From NCBI GenBank assembly GCA_028534125.1, contig CM052816.1:20710001-20774000 (forward strand): a stretch of 64,000 bases of DNA, in the 5' to 3' direction. The position numbers and the translations under genes were made by a program. Each line of letters begins with the position of its first letter. The first letter of the stretch is position 1. The notes under the pieces are model-generated. The model was given only the letters and a program-made list of their open reading frames with translations, did not search any database and was not told the origin of the DNA. The stretch is from Lama glama. Its lineage: Eukaryota. Positions 12,491-24,800 of the stretch are shown here, piece by piece.

Positions 12491-13678
12491 TGGGACACTC
12501 TGTAGTCGGTCAGCCTCATGTTGTGAACACATGACCCACACACCCATACCGCAAGCTCCATGAAGGCAGGCCAGGGTGGATTCTGCTGTGCTCTGGCCCC
12601 CAAAACAGGGCTTAGTGCAGAGTTGAGTTACTGGTGCCCTGGGGATGGGGCCACTGACTTGGCTCCCTTGCCAGGACCTCATGCTCAGGGCTTGAGGTCA
12701 ACCCTGAGGGCGCTGACAACTCTCAAGGCAGGTCTTGACAGTCTGTGCCTGGACGTGGCCGAGCTGAGGGCCCATCCTGCGATTGGGGGAAAGTTTGATG
12801 CCAGCTCCTCCTGCTGCTGCTGGGGCATCCCAGACCCACGCTGTGTCAGGCGGTGCCAAGCTCCATTCATCCAGGGCATCAAAGGCCACATCTGGAGGAA
12901 AGAGATCAGGAGAGCTGGAGGGTCGGGGAGGCTTCCTGGGTGGCAAGACTTGAATCCTTAGGACTTGAAGGACACTGGGAAATGATACCTGAGAACTGTT
13001 GACAGGAAAATGTGTGACTTCAGACCCCACCCCATGGAAGCTTGAAGGGTGAGGTATTAGGGCCAAGGGAGTGGGCAGGTCTGTGCTGCCCAGGTCAGAG
13101 AGAGTCTTTGGTGCCAGAGGCAGCCTTTGAGGGGCAAGGCTGAGGCCCCGGCCAGGCTGGTACCTGGCTGGACCTTACCTGAGCCTTATCAGCTCCCCTC
13201 ATTTTGCCAAGGCGCTGTACAAAACCGAAGTATTATTCCTGTTACAGAGTTTTAACAGTTCTGTCTCCGTCATGGTCTCCCTTTGCCTTTTCATTGTTCA
13301 TGAGTTTTTCTTGCCTACTCTGTCTTATCTCAGCTGGGGCTCTTTCTGTTTATGAGAAGAGAGCACAGGAACCTGTGGAGACCTCCTGTCCCCCAGGAAC
13401 TGGCCAGGCACAGTGGGGGCAGCATCAAGAGTGCCAAGTCTGACTCCATGCTGTGTTCTGACCCCTCACAGGGCTGCCTGGCAGGGCTCACAAAGCATCA
13501 CCCATCACCTCGCACTCCCCTCCTCCAGAGCGTTCTGTGGCGTCCTGTTTCCTGCCTCACTGCATCTCAACACCTCTCCCACTCCTGGGTCTCGTGCCCC
13601 AGCCAGCTGTGCTCATGTTGCTCCAGTGCCCTACCCAGCCTGTCTCTTCCCTCACATCTATTTGCATTCCCCCAGTGC

Positions 13679-13704
13679 AAAAAAAAAAAAAAAAAAAAAA
13701 AAAA
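13679..13704 (+). repeat. Pure poly(A)26 tract inside an L2 3'-end remnant
   Basis: 26 consecutive A. Flanks (cccccagtgc / aaggcagggactgtgtctgattcacc) resemble the L2 3' end. Confidence 0.9.
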
Positions 13705-16419
13705 GCTCATTTGTTCAAGGAAGGCAGGGACTGTGTCTGATTCACCTGTCTCCCTAGCAGTTGACACTGGACATTGTCTCAGATTTCAAAGTATTAGTTT
13801 GTCAACCAGAACAAGAAGTAGGAAGGAAATTGGCAGGTGGGGGTCTTATCCAGGTCTTGGATGCCTGAGTCTTTTCCAGGAGGGCTGGCCAAGGACATAA
13901 GAAAAAGACCAAGTGCCCAAAGCAGAATCAGGGCCCAGAGCAGTTATAGAGCTGCGTATGCCGGGCAGAGCTGTGCCAGGTGCTATGTCTGCACTGGTGG
14001 GGGAGGAGGGTGACAATGGGGGAGATTCGGGCGGAGAACAGCAGTGGGTGCCTGACTGGAGGGCCGCTCCTCACACCTGCAGGAGTCTCAGCTACAGATA
14101 CCAAAGGCAAGTCTACTTGTCTCACTGCCACCCGCTGCCCACCTCCTTCCCCCAGCTTCTGCCCCAAGGGATACATGTCTTAGGATCAAGAAGGAATGTC
14201 ACACTTCAACAATAGAAAGATAGTGTTTTTAATGACTTGACTCAGTTCTAAGTGAAGGAAACAACCTCTGATCAGCAGCAGTCTGACCTGGGGGCACAGA
14301 CTTGGGAGCTTTTCTCCTTATGATGTGCTCAGAGCTCCAGCAGTGCAGGCGATCTCTCCCAGGGTGCAGGCGGGTCAGGGCAGGACCCCCGCCCATGTCT
14401 GTGCAGATCAGCCCTCACCTCACACGTGTGTCTCCTGCTAACACGGTGCTGTGAGCCAGCACCCTCTGTCCACAGTCCCCAGAACGGTTTCCATGAGCAT
14501 CCACTGGCTCCGTCTGCACCCTTGGGCCAAACACCTGCAGGGCCTGCTCTCAGTTCCCTGCAAGCCACACCGAGAATTCGCTGGCCTCGTGATCCGCCAC
14601 CCAGGATCTGTATGAGGAGGAAAGCCACTGGTGTCTGACTTTTGGGTTTGAGCAATAGGGCAGGCTGCCCCCCAGATCTGGACCTCCCAATAGAGTTCTC
14701 ACAAGTTCTGCCTTGGGGTACATTTCTCATTTCCCAACAGACATAGCTTTCCAAGACAGGGCCCAAGTCCCTGTCTGCCATCTGGACAGCCAAGGGCCAG
14801 CCCCAGAGCTGAATCCTCAAGGCACAGCATGGCTCTGTTAGAGCCCTGAAGATGAACACACCACCCACAACTGGGCTCAGGGCCCAAAGGCTCCATGTAG
14901 GGCTCCTGGAACATGTCTTTAGGGGGCAATTGGTTAGGGACACCCAAACTCTCACTGGCAACCAGCCCTCTGTGGCCTGGTGGGGAAACAGTGGCACATC
15001 TGCTGGGATGGTGGCACCTCCCCTGCCCGGGGTCCCGACCTTGTGCTCACAGGCGGCTCGTGCCCCTCTGCTCCCAGATCGGTTCTCAGAACCTGGTGAG
15101 TGTCAACAGCTGTCTCCCTGAGAAGAGGCAAATGTCAGGTGGGCCTTGAGGGACTGTGGTGTTTGTTTAGAGAAAACTTCCTTCATGGTAAAGGGGCTGT
15201 TTGTTCCTTGTGGCAGAAAGGTTAGTACAAACCCTTCCAGAGCGGGGTCCAGGGGCTCAGAGCACTCGAGGGGAGGGTGGTGAACCCCTGGCTCAGTGCA
15301 GCTGAACCCAGGCAAAGTTCAGGGCAGTGCTTGCTGACCAGGTGCAATCAGCAGGCCGCACCCTGGGGCAAAGTGGCCCAGGCATCTGCCCCCCGCAGGG
15401 GCAGCCCTAGCCTGGGACGTGAAGAGGGGACATCTTCTAGGACAGAAGGCCTCGACTACGCCCCCACGAGCCACCACTGCGCCTCCATGTCCTCTCCCAA
15501 GGGGTGTCCTTTGGGGAAAAAACAACCCTGCTGCTAATGGGATTAAAATACATTTTGAGTTTTCCAATTACATATTTCAATTACTCTGAATGTTCATTGG
15601 AATAATGCAACCGTGAGCTGGCAGGAAACCAGAACTGACAGCTTCTCCCTCAAACCGCCCAGGCTCCCCACCCCAGAACACGCAGGGATACACTGCCACT
15701 CCTCTCAGGCCCCAAACATTTAGGGAATCTCCGCCATGCCCTCAGCCTGTGGCTTGGTGTTCCTGCCACTGCTCGTCTGTCCCCATAGCAGGGCACCGGG
15801 TCTTCGCGTATACTTTGTCCTCTGCTTGGAAACCTGTCTCCTGGTCATCTTTCCCTATCCTTTGGTTCAGCTCCTTCGAGACTCAGCTCAGGTGTCCCCT
15901 GCCCGGCCTGTGCTCAGCTTCCTGGACTTACCTCCCACCTCCCAAGCCCACATGGGGCCTGGCACATCGTGAGTGCTCCATTAACTCCTACTGCCGGGGA
16001 AACAGGCACCGGCATGCCCGACCAGCTCCACCACCTGATAGGCAGTCTCTGGCCTGATCCCTCATCTTGGAGCCACGAACCCTGCTCCCAGACTTAGGCT
16101 TGCCAGCCGTTCGTGTAGTGAAATCCTGGCCACCGCTTGGGCAGAAGTCCTGGCCAAACTGCATGGCCACTTCTGCTCTGACTGGCTCCCTTGAGACCCA
16201 GTCCATCCCTAGGAAAACCAAACACCAGGACAGCGGCCCTGCCCAGTGCCAACCCTGCACTGGTACCTCAGGAGAAGAGAAAATCCCTCCCTGGCTGCGT
16301 TCCCTCGGTCTCCAGTCCCATCACATTCTTTCTCTGTTATTCTCTCATTCTGGTTATTTATCCCACATCTTGGGAGAAACCTGGACCAGGACTGTGGCAG
16401 CCTTTTGGGAACTCGGGTG

Positions 16420-16560
16420 GGGAGTCCTGAACAGTTGGGTCAGTTCGCCTCTCTGAGCCTCAGTTTTCTCATCTGCACACTGAGAGTCAAAAGAGCACCT
16501 GTTTCATAGGGTTCTTCTGAGGTTTACTCAGTAGTGTGTTTACAGAACACAGCCAGGGGT
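16420..16560 (+). mobile_element. MIR SINE
   Basis: cctctctgagcctcagttttctcatctgcacactgag..tcatagggttcttctgagg (MIR core). Confidence 0.75.
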
Positions 16561-16749
16561 CTTTGGGAGACTCTGAATCCATGAGTGGCCCTCAGGGCCA
16601 TTAATGCAGATCACAAACACCAGGCAAATAGGAGAGCTAGCTGGCTCTGGCGGTCTGGCTGGTGAAAAGGTAGGATGAGAGTGACCCCTCCCCCAACTCA
16701 GAGCATCCCAGAGAACCAGGGAACCAGTGTGCAGGCCTCTCTGCCCACC

Positions 16750-17140
16750 CACCAAGTGTTCACCCAACGTGTTGCACATGCCAGGCACTGGGCAGATCTC
16801 TGGGTTACAATGGTGAGCAAAACCTAATGTGGTTCCTGCTCTCAGATAGCTTATAGTCTTTGGGGAGAGAAACTGAAACACAACGGCGATCCACTGTAGA
16901 TGGGATAGTTACAGGGTGAGGTGCCCCACTGAGGGATAAGGTAAAGGAAGAGACCTAAAGGATGAGAAGGAGCCAGCCAAGTCCAGGCCAAGGACACAGC
17001 CCGTGCAAAGACCCGGAGGCAGGAACAAGCTCCCTGTGTTGCAGGAGCAGGAGGCCGGCCGCGTGGTTGGGATGTAGTGGTGCAGGGAAGCTGTCGGTGC
17101 GTAGTTCTCAAAAAGGAAGGAGGGTGGATTTCACACAGTG
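16750..17140 (-). mobile_element. L2 fragment (3' end)
   Basis: catgccaggcactggg..tggtgagcaaaac..gttcctgctctcagatagcttatagtct..gtgcaaagacccggaggcaggaacaagc. Confidence 0.7.
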
Positions 17141-17737
17141 TGCGGTGGACAGCTGCTTATTAAAGACCCCTACAGCTGTGGGTGGGGCTTGGTTTGGAGT
17201 AATGGGGTGCCAGGCTCTGTGCTGGGCCCTGTGAGACCAGGCAGCCTAGGTCCCTGCCCTGGAGGAGCCTCCGTTCTCCTGGTAGGGAAGGTCTAGGAGT
17301 CTACCTTCAGGGCTGGGGGCTTGGTGCAGCCACATTTCAGGAGCAGTTTTCAGAGCAGTAGAGGATAACTTTCATGCCTCATTTGCGCCCACCTGGCCCA
17401 GTCCATATCCCTCATGGCATGGACCTTGGCTGGGAGTTTGAGATGCTTTCAGTAACTTGGCTCATGAATATTCATGCCTGGGCTCAAGGCAGCGCACTCT
17501 GAGCCAACTGCAGCTGGGTGAGTGGGCTAGACAGAGCACATGGCTTAAGATTTCAAGCTCTTCCTCCCCATGCCCACCTGCTGCTTTCCACATGAGCCAG
17601 CTAAGTAGTGTGGCTTATGGAAGCCTCTGGGGGTGGGTGGGCACTGAAATGATTTGGCCAGGGTGAGAGCAGTGGCCCCATGTAGGCCTGGAGTGTGCTG
17701 TGGGTTGATTTCCCCCCTAAACTCAAGAGAGGCCCCC

Positions 17738-18170
17738 TTTTAAATTTCCTAGGACTGCCATAGCAAATTGCAGCCCAGTGGCTGGAAACAATGTAAATTT
17801 ATTCTCTCACAGTTCAGGAGGCCAGAAGTCTGTAATCTAGGTGTTGGCAGAGCCATGCTCCCTCTAAAGTTTCTAGGAAAGGACCCTTCCTTGCCTATTC
17901 CAGCTTCTGCTGGCTCCCAGTGTTCCGAGGCTTGTAGCAGCACAACTCCTGTCTCTGCCTTCATCTTCACATGTCCTTCTCTTTGTTTCTGTGTCTTTTC
18001 CTCTTCTTTAAAGGACACTAGTCATTGGATTTAGAGCATCATAAATCCAGGACGATTTTATCCTGAGACCCTTAAATAATTACATCTGCAAAGATCCTAT
18101 TTTCAGATAAGTTCATATTCTGAGGTTCTGATGGTATGAATTTCAGGAGGATGCTGTTCAACCCACTGTA
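17738..18170 (-). mobile_element. MaLR LTR (MLT1A/B/C-like)
   Basis: tttcctaggactgccatagcaaatt..aaatttattctctcacagttcaggaggccagaagtc..aaggacactagtcattggatttag..tacatctgcaaagatcctattttc..ttcaacccactgta. Confidence 0.88.
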
Positions 18171-18763
18171 GCCCATTAGGAGGTAGTCCTGGCAGGAAGT
18201 TGGCATAACACACCTGCTATGCGCTGTCTTGACCCTCACAGGTGCCTGCCCTATGGCACCTCCACGTCCTGACCACTCCCATGCTCTGTAGCTCCCACTG
18301 CCACCATGTTCTCATGTTCCCTTGGGTCCATCCAAGGGATCCTTGAACTTCCTAGGATATGTGTGCAGTGGTCAGTCTAGGCTCAGCCTGCACTTCCTCC
18401 CAGGTTCCTGAGACCCAAGTTTGGCTGTGGTCTAGAGTGCTGGAAATCCAAAGAACACACAGTCAGCCCTAAAGAACTTCTCTACAGAAACTGACGTTCT
18501 TCTACACGAACCCCAGCATCACAGCAGCACTTGAATTACAACCACACCGTATGAGCAGGTTGGCCAGGGCTGGCGAGGGGCTGGGGCCTCCCAGTGCATG
18601 GGGGTTAGACAGGTGTGCAGCTGCATCTTCAAGAGATGATGCCCAGCACCCTCTCCCTGGTCTGAGAGTTTGAGGCCTGAGTTTCAGCATCCAGCCAGCA
18701 CGGCCCCTGCTGGCAGCCAGCTGAGGGTTAGGGCTGCAAGCACCCTCCATGGCTCCCACCTTG

Positions 18764-18808
18764 CTGGGAAACAAGCCACTGGAAAACAAGCAACTAGAAA
18801 ACAAGCTG
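18764..18808 (+). repeat. 3 x 15-bp tandem repeat
   Basis: ctgggaaacaagcca / ctggaaaacaagcaa / ctagaaaacaagctg. Confidence 0.85.
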
Positions 18809-18904
18809 CACCTAAATTTCCATGAGCTTAAAATATTATATTCACATTACTTGCTTAAAATGCACATGCTTGCTTTGTTTTAATGTTTTAAGCAGTAGAT
18901 GACC

Positions 18905-19393
18905 TGTAACACGTATTATGCTAAAGAAAATTTGTGAGGGGCGATCCTGAGATTGACCATAAGGGCACGAAGGAGGGCAGATATTTCCTCAGAGTGAAAC
19001 AATGGACGGTCCTGGAAGGCCAGGTCATCCATTAACGGAACTTTGTTCTGGCATAAAAGCATGTGAAGTATTTGCTATCTCGAGATGTCCCGGAGGCAAT
19101 AACAGGATAGAGGAGGGTGATTGTTCCTGGAAGGGATAGGCCTGAAATTAATCAGTTAATCAGCAAGCAGAACTTAGTGCTTATCGCATGGAATATCTAA
19201 AGCCCCACCTCTTTGATCACATTTTGTTTTCTGAGCTGTATACTTCTAATAAATATGATGTCGACCAGGCTTTCAGCACTCTAGATCCACGAGATCTTGA
19301 GTTCCCTGGTCCCATCTTTGCTCTTTACTTTTATTTCTCAAGTCTTGCGTCACCCGTCCTCAGACAGGGTCCCGAGCTGCGCTGGACGCAGCA
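18905..19393 (+). mobile_element. Putative solo ERV LTR, 489 bp, relatively young
   Basis: TG...CA termini; imperfect 5-bp TSD TGACC (18900-18904) / TCACC (19394-19398); AATAAA at 19248-19253 followed by a T-rich U5-like tract; ends gagctgcgctggacgcagca, similar to ERV U5 ends; about 15 CpGs against CpG-poor immediate flanks. Confidence 0.72.
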
Positions 19394-19814
19394 TCACCTT
19401 GAGGCACAAGAGATGCATTTCCCTCCTTGAGAAATAGGCATACCCCACTGAAAGGGGAAATCTTGTGGTTTCCATCTGTTGACTTGAATTATGTGTAGTA
19501 TAATGTTAGTTAAATATGTACAAACATAAAACTAGGTACACGTTCCTTATGCGTAGAGCTCTTTTCCAGCCATAAAGCTAAAACAAATTTATAAATGAAA
19601 TAAAAACAAACTGAAAAACCAATAAACTTCAAATTAACAACATTAATTTAATGGGACAAATGATATTCTTTTCCTGAGACTAAATCAGTGCTCACAGCCT
19701 GATTCTGGGGTGGCCTGCTGCAGTTCTTTGAGGTTTTCTGCAACTTCACCGTGTGCGGGGAGATAACTCAGCCCTCCCGCCACTTTCCTCCCTTCAGACC
19801 TCTCCAAAACCTTC

Positions 19815-20135
19815 ATTCCAGCAGTCTCTGGACCTCTCTGAGCCTCTGCTCATCTGTAAAATAGAGAGCGTAATAGGACTTCTTATGAGAATTAAGTCGG
19901 TTAATGCACCTACAGTGTGGACCAGGGCGCACCGTGGGTAAGGGACCTGAGCATCCACATAGGCCTCCATCCTCATATGGCCCCACACTTGGTTTAATGC
20001 TGTACAGTCTCCATCTTAAAATTCTTATTACTTTTCTAAACAAAGGCCCTGCATTTTGTACTGGGCTCCACAAATTACGTAGCACAGAGCCAGGCACGCC
20101 GTTGGCACTCAGCAAGAGTTCGCTGCTGTTGCTGA
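19815..20135 (+). mobile_element. MIR SINE interrupted by a MER91-like element
   Basis: cctctctgagcctctgctcatctgtaaaatagag..cttatgagaattaag..ttaatgcacctacagtg [insert] acagagccaggcacgccgttggcactcagcaagagttcgctgctgtt. Confidence 0.7.
19923..20083. mobile_element. MER91A-like hAT-Tip100 MITE
   Basis: ggccccacacttggtttaatgctgtacagtctccatcttaaaattcttattacttttctaaacaaaggccctgcattttgtactgggctccacaaattacgtagc matches recalled MER91A. Confidence 0.75.
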
Positions 20136-21513
20136 CACCCTGTTCTTGTTCCTAATTATAATTCCTTTGTGCTATTTTCCTCTGAGGCCAGTTTTATTTT
20201 CCCACTATTTAATAGAGGTTGGAGAGGCCACCCCGTGTGTGTAATTGTATTTGACTAATTCTTGGAGTTGGGTGTGTGCTCTGGGGCGAGGACTCGGGTC
20301 TGTTGAAAGAGGGATTAGCATCCTCGATCACGTGGGCAGGCTGAGCCCTCTCACTCAGGACCAGACCCCCAGGCTCCTCTGGCATTCAATCACTTTTATT
20401 GTAGCTGGTGCAAAATGGGGCCAGGCTGAATACTGCTATTTTCTTGAAACCACTTAAGTAAGTGACCATAGTTTAAGGTAGCAGGTTATGGAGTTGAAGA
20501 CACTTTAATGGATTATAAGCTCACGCAGAGTTGCTAATTTAATTTCCCTTTTTTATTGCTGTAATCCTAAAAAAAGAAAGAAAGAAAGAGAAAACAGCAC
20601 AAATAGCCCCTTTCCTAGAGTGAGATATTAATAGGCAGGGCATTCTGCAAGAGCAGGAGACAGCATGAAGATTTTGCCAGGTCTCGCTGTTTGTCCCTGA
20701 ATTCTTGAGGCTCTCAGCTGGCCCAGATAAGGGACAGACCCAGGGGACTAACTACTCAAAGTTCTAGGATGTGGAAATGGCACTTAGCGGCTGTCAGCAG
20801 ACTCAAGAAACATCCCTGCCTGCCCAGAGCACATGTCTGCAGCAATCCTCCATCCACCCCAGCCACTGGCCTTGGTCTGCCCAAGGAGAAGGAACACTGA
20901 GGCCTCGAAGTGCAGGCATTAATATCCCAAGTGTCCTCATTATGGAGGACTTGGTTCCCCAGAGAAAGGTTGACTTTCCTTGGGGGACATAGCAGGCTAA
21001 GGACAAGCTTACTCCCTGAGCTTGGTGATCAGCCCTCATGGCTAGTCTCCTGGTGCAGAGGCAAAAGGGACCTCCCCACCAGTCAGCACCCCCTTGTGTG
21101 CCCAGGGTCACACTTGGCCAGGCAGGGAAGGGGGTGAGGAGCGGATGGGGAGCCTACCACCAGCGCCCCTGTTAGTGCTGGAGTGGTTTCTTCCTTCCAT
21201 CACCTGAAACCTGAGTTTCCCTTTGGCTCCCCAGAAGACCTAGGGACAAGGAAAGACAGTAAGGGGCATCTTTGCAGCTGTGTCTTCCCACCAGCCATCC
21301 CTTCCTGAACCAGCTGGGTTCCAGCAACCTCAGGGTCAGATGAGCCTCAGAGGTCATCAGTGGCCAATGTGCCCTTCTCTGCTCCCCTAGGGAAGCTTCA
21401 CCAACTTCTGCAGGCAGATCCCCCAGGACCCCAAGCAGCTCCCACCTCAATCCAGGGGGGCCACAAGCCCACAGCCTGGCTACACAGGGCCCCCCTGCTG
21501 GAGGACTCTGGAG

Positions 21514-21816
21514 CTGCGCCATCCAATATGGTAGCCACTAGCCTCAGGTGGACGCTGAGCCCCTGAAATGAGGCTCATCCAGAGTGAGATGTGCATGCCA
21601 GGTTTCAAAGCCTTTTATGGGAGAAGAACGTAAAATACCTCATTAACTAACTTCTTCATTGATCAAATGTTGAAATGGTATTTTAGATACATTGAGTTAC
21701 ATGAAGGATATTATGGGAATTAGTAGCACTGTTTCTTTTTACTTTCTGTGGCCGCTAGAACATTTAAATCAGTTGGGTGGCTTTGCATTGCGTTATGTTT
21801 CCACCGGACAGCACCA
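21514..21816 (-). mobile_element. MER33-like hAT-Charlie MITE, full length
   Basis: Ends ctgcgccatccaatatggtagccactagcc.. and ..ccggacagcacca; 8-bp TSD CTCTGGAG (21506-21513) / CTCTGGGG (21817-21824). Confidence 0.85.
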
Positions 21817-24800
21817 CTCTGGGGAGGACAGAGGAAATACCTTAAAAGTCAACCAGAAAGGACAGAATTCTGACAAGGGGTGAGGGGACTAAAGGCTCCC
21901 CAGCAGACCGACGGCAGGAGATTCCCCAAACCCTGGTCCTCGAAGGCCTCCTGCACCTGCTTCTAAAATGAGGAGTGCTGGTGGGAACTTGAGCCAAGAG
22001 GCCCCACAAGGGAGCTCAGAGACTGTGCTGTTGTAAATAGTATCAGGACCAGAGAGCCACACTGAGTTTTCAGAGGTCTCCTGCGTACTAACAGAGGGTC
22101 CAAGTTTTCATAGTCTCTTCTGAATCTTAGAGCAAAATCTGGAGAAATAGTGCCCACAGACATTCCCCACTCGCAATGTCGCCTTTAGTGCTAACGCAGT
22201 GCAGTCGTTTGCAGGCTGATAAATCGGAAGAGTTATTATTCCTTTAAAATGCAGACATATCTGGGGTATCCACTTAACGATGCACATGGAATAAATTACA
22301 TTTGGATGACACTTTTTAATTGAATTGAACTAACAGCTTAGTAATATGTTGCAATAAGAAGAATATTAGGATGATTAAAAGATCTGAAAACTCTTGTGAA
22401 ATTAAATGATTAAACATAATGCTGAGTAAATGAACAAGCCTGTGTATATTAATCAGTTGTGGGCCTCAGCAAATGGCCGGGTAACTAAACTTGCATTACG
22501 GCCCAACACATGCATGACTTCCTACGCTCTCCAGGCCAGCTCTCCATCACCCACTCCTTACCGCCATGATGGGCAAGCTGCTTTTTCCACAGAGAAATAA
22601 TGTGTTAGTCATTTAGTGAGCGTGATGATGGCAGGAGAGATTGCTTCTTGGCAGACACTCTTTCCTTCGGTTGAGGGCTTCAAGGAATGGCCACATAGTT
22701 AATTTTCTGTCTTTGTTTTTACCTAAAATGAAACTTTCAGGGGCAAAATGCATTAGAATTCCAGCTTCCATCCCGATCATGGGAGTTGCCCCTTTGTGCA
22801 ATGCCTCTGTTCCCTGTTAACCCTGTCACCTCCACGTGCTTAATGTCGTTTGCTCAGGACGGTGAGTTGGGTGGGCTGGTCTTAGGAAGCAGAGGGTGGA
22901 AATGTCGTGCTGGGAGAAAGTGCTGATTCCCAGGGCCCCGTGGCCAAGACTGGCTGTCCTAGTGGAGGAGGAGCGAGCAGCTTGGGGGGCGGAGCGTGTG
23001 CCAGGAGGGCGTCCCCCACGTCCCTCAGTCCCACCGCCTCAGCCAGCGCCTGCAGGTGCCCTTTGTGTGACCTAGGAAACTGATGAACTTCCCTCCCTGC
23101 CTCGTCCCCCACCTGCCCAGAGACAATACAGGTGATTTCTTTTCTGATCGTGTAAATCTTTCATGGCCAAGTCATGCTCATAATTAGCTGCATAAAAATT
23201 CAGGCTGCAACTCAGGATGTTATTAGGAAATGCAAAAACAGTGAAAAGTTTGGTTTTGCTCTCTGAGAAAAACTCTCAAGGTCTCTATTCCTGAGAAGAG
23301 AAGGGGCGTGGTATCTCATTAAGGGTAACATTCAATTCAGTGGAGAACCTCACTTGCTGGACTTGATGCTGAATATGTTTTTTTTAAATGAAAATAAAAG
23401 GCCCAGCCGCCGCTGGCAGGTCTGTGCTCAGTGCTCCCTGCCCTGCCGTGGTGGCCCCCCCCAGGCCCTCTTCCCTCAGCGGTGCTGAGAGCCTGTGCTT
23501 CCCAAACCAGTGCCACAAGAGGCCCCACAGAGGCATCTTCTCAAATGAAAATATATTCCCCAAACTAAAGTGCTGACCAACCCAGTTTTGCAGCACATCA
23601 CATTGGAAAATAATACAGCAGAATTCCATTAAGCCGATGGCTCCTAAGGAACAAGTCAGCTTTCTGAAAGGTCCAGATAAAGCACTGCAATTGTCTCAGT
23701 GGTTTAGTGTAATCGGCAACTGGGGACACTGGATTCATCTTCCCCAATCTGGCAAATTCAGAGCCAGAGAAGGGAATCGCATGCCCATAATTACCTGGGA
23801 GGCCGGAGGCTCCTCAAGGCGACTGTTGGCTGGTCTTCCTGTCCTCTGTGGATACCATCCCTCCATCTGGCCCAGCTCAGGCCTGCAAGCCCAGCTCATG
23901 AAGAGGCACAAGCTGGACTCTAATGTCAGATGACCCTCCGAGAGCCAAGGGGTTGAAGTCCAAGGACAGGAACAAGTTCTCCCAAAGGTGGCCCATCATG
24001 CTGACCCAAGCAAGATTATTAAACTTGCCCTTTCCAGCAGCACAGCAGGCCATGCCTACTCAACTCTAGATCCAGCAAGTCAAGTGGTCTGGGCTTTGGG
24101 CAATTTAGGGTATTTTACACGCTGCTGGGCAGGGAAGTGCGGGTTGGCGGTGGCCTGTGCCCCGTAAAATTCCGGCCCCAACATCATCACCTACAGCGCA
24201 GAGTCAGACCCTCACCTCAGCAGATCTCATTCTTTACTTTCCTCCAGGGCAGAAGTGCTGAAAACATTGATTTGTCAAAACTCTGAAAGCCACAGGCTTG
24301 AGCCAACAAGAAGAGAAGCAATCAAGACTTTGTCATCAGAGGAGGTGGATGACCCCAGTGTCCTATCAAATTTAGTCCAGAATGGATTTCACCATTAGCG
24401 TAACTGTGCCCTTCAGCTGCCACACCGTTTCCAGAATGGAGCGCTGATACATTCTGTGGCACAGTCTCTTTATGGGGAGGACAGGATCCCAGTGCCCCTT
24501 GACAGAGAGAGAATAATAGCATAATGCAACAGAACATTTTTGAAATGCTAATGCACGCTCCTTGCAACTTAATTTTATTTTTTCTTATTGGCTTTTTTAT
24601 ATGACATTTCACAGTCCTGTAGCCTCAATAGCTAGATGTGCGTCGTAAAAACGACAACACAGTGATTTAAGGAGGAGAGTCCATCAGAGCGAAAGGGATG
24701 GTATGCTTTTAAAGTATCAGTTTAGCACCTCTTACCTGGGGTCAATGTTCATTTTCAGTACATCATTAAAGCAGCCTGTTAAATCACTCAGAGAGGGGCC

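Noticed and set aside
13567..13767. Poly-Lys and poly-Phe ORFs
   Set aside because: Translation artefacts of the A26 tract.
14329..14997. 222-aa minus-strand ORF, and similar ORFs at 5508-6167, 6823-7368, 13352-13900 and 47775-48368
   Set aside because: No recognisable domain, composition typical of GC-rich non-coding DNA, several overlap repeats or start at non-ATG codons; expected by chance.
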